From Pseudomonadota bacterium (lineage in GTDB: Bacteria; Pseudomonadota; Alphaproteobacteria; Sphingomonadales; SMXR01), in contig JADFIA010000003.1 of NCBI GenBank assembly GCA_022566895.1, positions 6,481 to 70,480 on the forward strand: a stretch of 64,000 bases of DNA, written 5' to 3'. Below, piece by piece: positions 48,682 to 55,681 of the stretch. Positions within the stretch are counted from its first letter, which is position 1. Each line of letters begins with the position of its first letter. The notes beneath the pieces are model-generated. The model saw only the letters and a list, made by a program, of their open reading frames with translations, searched no databases and was not told where the DNA came from. A program made the position numbers and the translations under genes.

Positions 48682-48716
48682 TCTCGAACCAACAAGGTTC
48701 GGGGGTTTTGGTTTTT
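48682..48716 (+). terminator. orphan intrinsic-terminator-like hairpin plus U-tract (no annotated plus-strand gene upstream)
   Basis: CGAACC-aacaa-GGTTCG stem (extendable by C-G and G-U pairs) followed by GGGGTTTTGGTTTTT. Confidence 0.4.
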
Positions 48717-48830
48717 GATAATGATGGCTATTGCGTCAGCCTTGCCAACTCATTATAAAGCCCACCAATATTTTTTGTCTGGCGCCCGGCGAGCGTCTGA
48801 TCAGGCGTAATGTTTGCACGAGGAAAGAGA

Positions 48831-49274
48831 ATGGTTCCCAGGAATGGCAGGCCCGCATTAGCCCCAAGGCCCATAGCGGGATACAAACCGTCGGCAAAAG
48901 AAAAATTCATGGGCCGCAAGCAGCTCAAATATTTCCAAGCAAAGTTGATGACTTGGCGCTCGGAGATTCTGGAAGACTCGAAAGAAACCCTCCAGCATTT
49001 GCAGGAAGACAGCTTGCGCGAGCCAGACATTGCCGACCGGGCCTCTTCCGAGACCGACTTCTCGGTCGAATTGCGGACCCGCGACCGGCAGCGCAAACTG
49101 ATCGCAAAGATCGACTCAGCCCTGGCCCGGATTGACGAGGGGGAATACGGCTATTGTGAAGTCACCGGCGATCCGATCAGCCTCAAGCGCCTCGACGCGC
49201 GGCCGATCGCTACCATGACCCTGGAGGCCCAGGAGATGCACGAAAAGATGGAAAAGGTGCACCGCGACGACTAG
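48831..49274 (+). CDS. dksA: RNA polymerase-binding transcription factor DksA (zinc-finger cysteines mostly absent)
   Basis: 'YKPSAKEKFMGRKQLKYFQAKLMTWRSEIL', coiled-coil tip 'DIADRASSE' (DxxDxA) and C-terminal 'YGYCEVTGDPISLKRLDARPIAT'. AGGAAAGAGA RBS lies ahead of the ATG at 48831; an alternative start exists at 48810. Confidence 0.85.
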   Translation: MVPRNGRPALAPRPIAGYKPSAKEKFMGRKQLKYFQAKLMTWRSEILEDSKETLQHLQEDSLREPDIADRASSETDFSVELRTRDRQRKLIAKIDSALARIDEGEYGYCEVTGDPISLKRLDARPIATMTLEAQEMHEKMEKVHRDD

Positions 49275-49310
49275 CTCCACGGTGACGTCACCGGCGGGAA
49301 ATTCAAGTAC

Positions 49311-49338
49311 GGCCGGCGGCCAAGCAGTCGGCCTTTTT
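49311..49338 (+). terminator. weak candidate terminator after dksA
   Basis: GGCCG...CGGCC 5-bp stem with a large loop, followed by TTTTT. Weak. Confidence 0.3.
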
Positions 49339-49354
49339 CGTGCGGTCCAACATG

Positions 49355-49369
49355 TTAACGCCTTGTTAA
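49355..49369 (+). promoter_or_regulatory. CtrA-type binding motif upstream of fliL
   Basis: Perfect TTAA-CGCCTTG-TTAA (TTAA-N7-TTAA), ending 87 nt upstream of the fliL ATG. Confidence 0.55.
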
Positions 49370-49455
49370 GCGAACCAGTCTATTTTCCCTTTGTATCGCC
49401 CGCCAAATTCGGGCATTTTCAAAAATGTAAAATTATGCTGCGGGACCGATAGCAC

Positions 49456-49977
49456 ATGGTTGATAGCTATATGGACGATCCTGAAGACATCGAACCGCTG
49501 GGCGATGACGGACCGGCTGAGGAGCAGCAGGAAGGTCAAGGCCGCGGCCGACATCGGTTGGTACGTGGCGCCTTCGTTGTGGCGCTCATTGCCGGCGGCG
49601 TCTGGGCTTACAACTCTTTTCTGGCCGCTGGCGGCGACGGATCGGCAAACCGGGCCGGCCGCCTGACCGAGGCCTCCGTATACCTTGATTTGGACGAGAT
49701 TCTGGTGAACCTGAATACCGGCGAACGCCAAGCGCGGTACCTGAGGGCCAAGATTACGCTTGAATTGCCCAACCCGGCTGCCGTGGAGGCGCTCAAGCAA
49801 AATATGCCCCGAGTGATAGACCAGTTCCAGGTCTATATGCGCCAGCTGTCGCCGGAGGACCTGAACGGTGCCGCCGGCATGTTTCGCCTGAAAGAAGAGC
49901 TGTTGCGGCGGGTCAATGCCGCCGTGGCCCCGGTCGAGGTGCGTGACGTTCTATTTAAGGAACTGTTGGTCCAATGA
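49456..49977 (+). CDS. fliL: flagellar basal-body-associated protein FliL
   Basis: Single TM segment, then 'YLDLDEILVNLNTG...RYLRAKITLEL...MPRVIDQFQVYMRQL...LKEELLRRVN...VRDVLFKELLVQ'. Confidence 0.8.
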   Translation: MVDSYMDDPEDIEPLGDDGPAEEQQEGQGRGRHRLVRGAFVVALIAGGVWAYNSFLAAGGDGSANRAGRLTEASVYLDLDEILVNLNTGERQARYLRAKITLELPNPAAVEALKQNMPRVIDQFQVYMRQLSPEDLNGAAGMFRLKEELLRRVNAAVAPVEVRDVLFKELLVQ

Positions 49978-50038
49978 AATGTGTTAGTCTGGCCCCGCTG
50001 GCGGCGAGGGCGGCCGGTCTACCCAAGGCCCAAGATCA

Positions 50039-51088
50039 ATGATCGAAGACGATAAAGACATATCCGAAGTTGAAGCTGCCGCAAGCGGCGCCGGCGAGCC
50101 GCCGGCGGCAACCACGAAGGCCTCGGCCGGCGGGCTCGATCAAGAAGAGATTGACAGTCTTCTCGGGTTCGATGATGGCGACGGCAACGGGGTCCGCGAG
50201 ATGATCAAGAGCGCCGTCGTCTCCTATGGCCGGCTGCCAATGCTTGAAGTGATCTTTGACCGGCTGGGCGGCCTGACGTCCGCGTCCCTGCGCAGCTTTA
50301 CCTCGGGCCCGGCCGAGGTCACGGTTGAAGGGATTGGCTCCATCCGTTTTGGCGCCTACCTGGGGGCCATTTCCTCACCGGCCCTGCTGGCGATTTTCAA
50401 GGCCAAGGAGTGGCACAATTTTGGCCTCATGTCGTTCGACGCCGATCTTGTTTTTGCGATTTTGAATACCCTGTTGGGTGGTCGCCACGGTCCGCCGCAT
50501 GAGCGCCCGGACCCACGGCCTTATACGACCATCGAGCAGGATCTAATCGGACAGATGGCCGAACTTCTCCTGGCCGATCAGGCCAAAGCGTTTGAGTCGA
50601 TCGGGCCGGTTGAATTCGAGCTCGATCGGCTGGAGACAAATCCCGGCTTTGCCAGTATCGCCAGGCCCGGCAGCGCTGCGGTCATGGCCCGGTTCAATGT
50701 CGCCATCGGCAAGCACGGCGGTCAATTCGATATTGTCTATCCGCAGGCGACCCTGGAACCGGTTCGCGACCTGCTCCAGCAGAATTTCATGGGGGAAACC
50801 AGCGGCCGGGATGCGTTTTGGGAAGACAGCCTTGGCGCCGCCGTCTGGTCGACCGATTTGCCACTGATCGCGGTCCTCGACGAACAGAAGATGAGCCTGA
50901 AGGAGGTCATGAATCTCAAAGTCGGTCAAACACTTGCTTTAAAGAGTGGCCCACAGTCAGAAGTCCTGATCAAGAGCGGCGAGGTGAGCCTCGCGACCGG
51001 CCGGCTCGGGCGATCAGGGGCGCGTTATTCGGTGCGGATCACACGCAATCTCTTGGATCAACCGCTGGATCGGAAAGGGGCGGCCTAG
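50039..51088 (+). CDS. fliM: flagellar motor switch protein FliM
   Basis: N-terminal CheY-P-binding-like 'LDQEEIDSLLGF', then 'RLPMLEVIFDRL' and a C-terminal SpoA-like 'LKVGQTLAL...'. Confidence 0.85.
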   Translation: MIEDDKDISEVEAAASGAGEPPAATTKASAGGLDQEEIDSLLGFDDGDGNGVREMIKSAVVSYGRLPMLEVIFDRLGGLTSASLRSFTSGPAEVTVEGIGSIRFGAYLGAISSPALLAIFKAKEWHNFGLMSFDADLVFAILNTLLGGRHGPPHERPDPRPYTTIEQDLIGQMAELLLADQAKAFESIGPVEFELDRLETNPGFASIARPGSAAVMARFNVAIGKHGGQFDIVYPQATLEPVRDLLQQNFMGETSGRDAFWEDSLGAAVWSTDLPLIAVLDEQKMSLKEVMNLKVGQTLALKSGPQSEVLIKSGEVSLATGRLGRSGARYSVRITRNLLDQPLDRKGAA

Positions 51089-51113
51089 CGCATCTGGAAC
51101 CCGGACGGCGGCA

Positions 51114-51746
51114 ATGTGGAATTTGGTTCAGATCATGGGTGCAAGAATGAAACCTGCTCGTTTCGTCCTCTTTGCCATAATTGCAATGGCCGCCGCCGCG
51201 GCGGGGCTGGCCAAATTCGGATTTATATTCCCCGAGACCAACTCTATCAGCCGCACCGCGGAGGCGCAGGAGCCGGCCGAACCTGAAGTCACCGCGACCA
51301 GCCCGAAAGCCTTGCAAAACATGGGTGAGCTGAGCGCCAGCGAAATTGCTTTGCTGCAGGATCTGTCGGCCCGGCGGCAGGAGCTGGACGCCAGAGAGGC
51401 CGGATTTGAGACCCGTGAGCGTTTGTTGGCTGAGGCCGAAAGACGGATTGATGAAAAGATTGTGCGACTCGCTCAGCTGGAGAAAGAAATCCTGGCTCTG
51501 GTCGAGGTCCAGGAAACAGCGGACAACGAAAAACTCGATAGCCTTGCGCGGGTTTATGAGCGTATGCGGCCACGGGACGCAGCCCGCCTCATAGAAAGCC
51601 TTGATATTTCCTTGCAGCTCGAAGTCGTGACCCGCATGCGCGAGATCAAAATGGCCGCGATCCTGTCAGCTATGGATCCGGCCGCCGCCCGGAAGCTGAC
51701 CAATCGTCTGGCCAGCCGCGCCCAACTGCCGCGGACGGACGGTTGA
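51114..51746 (+). CDS. MotE-like protein (MgtE_N-type helical domain)
   Basis: TM/signal anchor 'FVLFAIIAMAAAAAGLA', a coiled coil, then 'LARVYERMRPRDAARLIESLD...VTRMREIKMAAILSAMDPAAARKLTNRL'. Starts at 51135 or 51147 are also possible. Confidence 0.55.
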   Translation: MWNLVQIMGARMKPARFVLFAIIAMAAAAAGLAKFGFIFPETNSISRTAEAQEPAEPEVTATSPKALQNMGELSASEIALLQDLSARRQELDAREAGFETRERLLAEAERRIDEKIVRLAQLEKEILALVEVQETADNEKLDSLARVYERMRPRDAARLIESLDISLQLEVVTRMREIKMAAILSAMDPAAARKLTNRLASRAQLPRTDG

Positions 51747-52438
51747 TGGTACTGCCCATGCAGCCGGATCAGAAATCCCCCTTGCCCATAAGGGATACAA
51801 CGCTCGGCATTCTTGTCTCGCTCTACCTCATACTGCTTGGTTTCTTTGCGGTTCTCAATTCGTTCTCCGAAGATCGTGTAGATAAGGCGGGAGCGGTTCT
51901 GGATAGCGTCAACCAATCCTTCAAGGCGGCCAAGAGGCCGGGCATCGAGACGGTCGATCTGTTGGCAGGCGGTGGTGAAGGCGTTGGCGAAAGAGCACTG
52001 ATCAGCGAGCTGCGTCGATTGTTCTCCAATGCGGTGACCTTTGCCGGCAGCTTTCCGTCTGGCGGGGACACATCATTGAAGATCCTGCTGCCAATCGCGG
52101 AAATTTTTGACACCGATGAGCGGCTGTCGGCCAAGGCCCAAGAACAATTCGAAGCATTGGGACTCTTGATGGCCGCCTATGACAACAATCGCCGGATCGA
52201 AGTCGCGGTATTTTTGGGGATCGGCGAAAAGTTTCCGTCGCTGGAGTTGACCGGCCGGCCATCCAAGGCCTTGCGGCAGGCCGAGACGCTGTCGCAAAGC
52301 CTCGAAAAAATTCCCGGTCTAGGCTCTAATTTCGGTGTGGGCTACATCGTGCTGGAGCCGGAATTCGTGCAGCTTCACTTTCGCACCCTGGCGGCCGGTC
52401 GGTCGCCGTTGACGTTCACTTCCGGGCGGGGGCGCTAG
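51746..52438 (+). CDS. degenerate MotB-like single-pass protein (no conserved TM Asp, degenerate OmpA-like domain)
   Basis: TM segment 'LGILVSLYLILLGFFAVLNS' aligns with the next gene's 'FADLLALLLTFFVLIFS' but has Ser where that gene has Asp. The C-terminal part keeps only an OmpA-like outline. TGATG junction with the upstream gene. Confidence 0.45.
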   Translation: MVLPMQPDQKSPLPIRDTTLGILVSLYLILLGFFAVLNSFSEDRVDKAGAVLDSVNQSFKAAKRPGIETVDLLAGGGEGVGERALISELRRLFSNAVTFAGSFPSGGDTSLKILLPIAEIFDTDERLSAKAQEQFEALGLLMAAYDNNRRIEVAVFLGIGEKFPSLELTGRPSKALRQAETLSQSLEKIPGLGSNFGVGYIVLEPEFVQLHFRTLAAGRSPLTFTSGRGR

Positions 52439-52441
52439 GCG

Positions 52442-53161
52442 ATGCTGAGGGAAGAACGACCCTACGAATCACTGTCGCAACGCATGACGCGCGACAGCTG
52501 GGTGATCATCTTTGCCGACCTGTTGGCGCTTCTGCTGACGTTTTTCGTGCTGATCTTTTCGATGAACTCGATCGACGCCAAACACTGGGATGCAATCACA
52601 GATTCCTTCGCCAAACAACTCAACTCCTCAGCCAGCCGAACGGGTCCGCGCGCAACTTCGCTGCCGCAGGGCACTTTGAAATATGAAGCACGGGCGATCA
52701 GCCTTGATTATCTTTCGACTCTGCTTAGGAACGGACTGCGCGAGCGGGGGCTTATGCCAACGGTTGCGATCACGCGGCTTGAAGACGGTCTGGTGATCTC
52801 AATGTTTACGGCCGATGTCTACAGCCAGGACCAGTCGGCGCTAACCTCCCGCGGACAGGCGGTCGTCTTCGAGTTGGTGTCACTCTTATCGCAGATTAAG
52901 AACTCGGTTATTGTGGTCGGCCATGCCGGCCCGGACGAGGCCGCCCAATTCGGCGATCTGGATCACATCGCATTCTCGCTCGAGCGGGCAAGCCTGGTCG
53001 CCGTGGCCCTGCAGAGGGCCGGATATGAGCCGCCTTTCGAAGTTGTTGGGCGGGGTCACGCCGGATTTGCCCGGATCGCGCCCTCGGCCAAACCAGAAAG
53101 ACGGCGACGGCTAGCAAGCCGTGTCGACATCGTAATTATGGAGCGAGGCCCGGATGATTAG
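52442..53161 (+). CDS. MotB-like / OmpA-family single-pass protein
   Basis: 'WVIIFADLLALLLTFFVLIFSM' (MotB-type TM segment with Asp) and an OmpA-like C-terminus 'VIVVGHAG...FSLERASLVAVALQRAGY'. No motA is adjacent. Confidence 0.6.
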   Translation: MLREERPYESLSQRMTRDSWVIIFADLLALLLTFFVLIFSMNSIDAKHWDAITDSFAKQLNSSASRTGPRATSLPQGTLKYEARAISLDYLSTLLRNGLRERGLMPTVAITRLEDGLVISMFTADVYSQDQSALTSRGQAVVFELVSLLSQIKNSVIVVGHAGPDEAAQFGDLDHIAFSLERASLVAVALQRAGYEPPFEVVGRGHAGFARIAPSAKPERRRRLASRVDIVIMERGPDD

Positions 53162-55649
53162 GCGCCTTTTGAAAGCTGGATTGGCCGGCCTCCTGTTGTG
53201 CCTCTCACTGCTGACGCCGGGCCCGATAATCTATGCCCAGGAGGCTACGCCCTTGCTCTGGGATCGGGCACCCGGTCCCTTGCCATTGCGCATCGAATCT
53301 GACGGTAATCGGACAACCCTTGTCTTTGATTGGCATCTGCCGGTCGCTGCGGCCGTATTTCAACGCGCCGGAATATTGTGGATCGTTTTTGACGAACCTG
53401 CGCAAATGGGCACGGGATCTCTTGGCGCCGCCCTGTCCGGCCGGCTGGTGCCGCTGTCGGTAAGTTCGGATTCAAGAGCGATGATCCTGAGATTCGAAGT
53501 TCTGGGCAGTCCGAACATCAAGGTCGCAAGGCAAGCGGATAGCTGGCACATTACGCTTTCCGAGCGGGCCGAGCCGCCCGACCACCCGATTTCACTTTCC
53601 CAGACCGAGATCACCCGAGGAGGGGTGCGCGCTTTTGTGCCCTTGGAGGGGCCCGGGATTTATCTGAAAATTCGCGACCCGGCGGCCGGCGATCTGCTTC
53701 ATGTCATTCCTTTGCTGTCCGGGTCATCAGGCGTCGCCAGCGCCGTTGCGTTTGGAAAATTCGAGGTCTTGCAAACCGCCCAGGGCATTGTCATCGCCAA
53801 GGTTGCCAACGATGTTGAGGTGGCCCGCTACAGCAACGGGGCCGCGATCGGCACCCTAAAACTGCTGGAGGCCTCGGCACCGCCGCTGCCGGCGGGTGCC
53901 AGGGTCGTTTCGGTGATGGACCGGGACACTGCACCGGCCAGAATGATCGATCTCGGGGTCTGGCGGCTTGGGGACCTGGCCAGGTTTAACGCCAACCAGA
54001 GAATGCTGAACCGTCGGCTGGCCGGGGCCAGCGAGGCCGACCGGAACGCGCGGCGCTGGGATCTGGCGCGCTTTTATCTGGCCCATGCCATGTACGTTGA
54101 ATCCCGGGCCTATCTGGATCTGATGAGAGAAACCGATGCCGCATGGGCGGGCGAGCCAAGGTTCAAGGCGGTCCGGGCCCTGGTAGAAGCGGGGCTCGGC
54201 AACCCCGGCCGCGCCCTCGAATTGATCTCCGCTCCCGAGCTTGACGCCGAACCAGACATACCTCTCTGGCGATCTCGTATTCTTGCCGCCAACCGGCGGT
54301 ATGGCGACGCTCTGGCGACTTTTGAGCTGGGCCGTAACGCCCTTGCCGTATTCGAGCCGCAGGAAGCCGCGGGAATTCGTCTGGCCGCCCTTGGCGCGGC
54401 GGTGGAGACTGGTCAGCTGGATGTGGCCGGTCGCCAGGTGGGGGCGCTAAGGCGCTTGAAACTAGGCAAGCGCCAGACAGCTGCAACGGATTATCTGGAA
54501 GGGCGTCTTAAAGAGGCTCGCGGCGCCGCGCCCGAGGCGATCGCGCTTTATGCGGCGGTGGCCGAAAGCGCGGTTCGATCGGCTTCGGGTATGGCCCGGC
54601 TGGCGCTCATCAAACTGCAGCTGGCGCGGCAACGGATCGAGCCAGCAGCGGCTATCGACGCCCTCGAAGGACTTCGCCTTGCGTGGCGTGGCGATCCTTT
54701 CGAATTGCAGCTGGCGGGGGTTTTGGGCCGCCTCTATCTTGATCAGGGCAACAATCGTGCCGGTCTGATGGCCTTGCGGCGCGCCGTCGTCCAATTTCCA
54801 GACCACCCCGAGGTGTTGGCCCTGACCAAGACAATGAGCGAAGCGTTCCGGCGGCTGTTTTTGGGTGGCCAGCTGGACGATCTTCAAGCGCTTTCGACGC
54901 TCGCCCTATACGCCGAGTTCAAGGAGCTGACCCCCTTGGGAAGAGAAGGAGACCGGATAATTCGTGAGCTTGCTGAGCGCCTGGTGGCGCTTGATCTGCT
55001 GGATCAGGCGGCTGAACTGCTCGCCCATCAGGTGCGGTTTCGCTCCAAAGGCGCCGAACGGGCAGCGGTGGCGGCACGACTGGCCGAGATCTACATTCTC
55101 GACCGCATCCCCCAGGCGGCGCTAGATATCCTGGATCAAAGCGCGCAATCGGCTCTGCCCAGGGAGACGGTCCGGTCCCGCCGCCGGGTCCGCAGTCGGG
55201 CGCTGACCGCGCTTGGGCGATTTGGGGAGGCTGAAGCCGAAATTCAATCGGATCGCGGACGCCCGGCCGAGGCGATCCGGGCCGAGATCCATTGGCACGA
55301 TCAACGCTGGAGCCAACTGATAAGGGTTAGCAACGTATTGCTGAGTGATAGGAGCCGAAACGGGAACCCGCTTGGCCAAGACCAGCGGCAAGTTTTGATC
55401 AGATACGCCATTGCACTTGCCGCCATCGGCGATCATGCGGGGTTGGGCAAGTTGCGCGCCGACTTTGCCGGCGACATGCAAACAGGATCGTTCTCCAAGG
55501 CCTTTGATCTGATCACCCAGCGGCAGGAGATCGGTGCCGGAAGTTTAAGGGACCTTGTCACCGACACGGCTTCGGTTAACCTGTTAAAGAGCTTTATGAG
55601 CCAGTATCGCCAGGATTTTGGCCTTGGCACCGCGACACCGGGTCAATAG
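53154..55649 (+). CDS. 831-aa exported protein: beta-rich N-terminal region plus long TPR-like helical-repeat region, function unknown
   Basis: Signal peptide 'LLKAGLAGLLLCLSLLTPGPIIYAQE'. Residues from about 280 to 800 are Ala/Leu/Arg-rich helical repeats. 8-nt overlap with the upstream gene. Confidence 0.6.
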   Translation: MIRRLLKAGLAGLLLCLSLLTPGPIIYAQEATPLLWDRAPGPLPLRIESDGNRTTLVFDWHLPVAAAVFQRAGILWIVFDEPAQMGTGSLGAALSGRLVPLSVSSDSRAMILRFEVLGSPNIKVARQADSWHITLSERAEPPDHPISLSQTEITRGGVRAFVPLEGPGIYLKIRDPAAGDLLHVIPLLSGSSGVASAVAFGKFEVLQTAQGIVIAKVANDVEVARYSNGAAIGTLKLLEASAPPLPAGARVVSVMDRDTAPARMIDLGVWRLGDLARFNANQRMLNRRLAGASEADRNARRWDLARFYLAHAMYVESRAYLDLMRETDAAWAGEPRFKAVRALVEAGLGNPGRALELISAPELDAEPDIPLWRSRILAANRRYGDALATFELGRNALAVFEPQEAAGIRLAALGAAVETGQLDVAGRQVGALRRLKLGKRQTAATDYLEGRLKEARGAAPEAIALYAAVAESAVRSASGMARLALIKLQLARQRIEPAAAIDALEGLRLAWRGDPFELQLAGVLGRLYLDQGNNRAGLMALRRAVVQFPDHPEVLALTKTMSEAFRRLFLGGQLDDLQALSTLALYAEFKELTPLGREGDRIIRELAERLVALDLLDQAAELLAHQVRFRSKGAERAAVAARLAEIYILDRIPQAALDILDQSAQSALPRETVRSRRRVRSRALTALGRFGEAEAEIQSDRGRPAEAIRAEIHWHDQRWSQLIRVSNVLLSDRSRNGNPLGQDQRQVLIRYAIALAAIGDHAGLGKLRADFAGDMQTGSFSKAFDLITQRQEIGAGSLRDLVTDTASVNLLKSFMSQYRQDFGLGTATPGQ

Positions 55650-55681
55650 CACCGTTCGGCAAAGTGTGAAGAAAGAAGATT

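Noticed and set aside
48685-48701. CGAAC-N7-GTTCG palindrome as a LexA/Cheo-type operator.
   Set aside because: The Cheo box spacing is N4 and the alphaproteobacterial box is a direct repeat. The element is better explained as the stem of the terminator-like hairpin.
49281-49292. A perfect 12-bp palindrome GGTGACGTCACC 6 nt after the dksA stop.
   Set aside because: It is too short to assign. It does not match FNR/CRP-type spacing and can form only a 4-bp hairpin. Noted but not interpretable from sequence alone.
51095-51109. A sigma54-like GG-N10-GC element (TGGAACCCGGACGGC) between fliM and the MotE-like gene.
   Set aside because: Only the GG/GC dinucleotides fit. The -12 region (CGGC) lacks the conserved TTGC, and the spacing to the next start codon suggests simple operon continuation.
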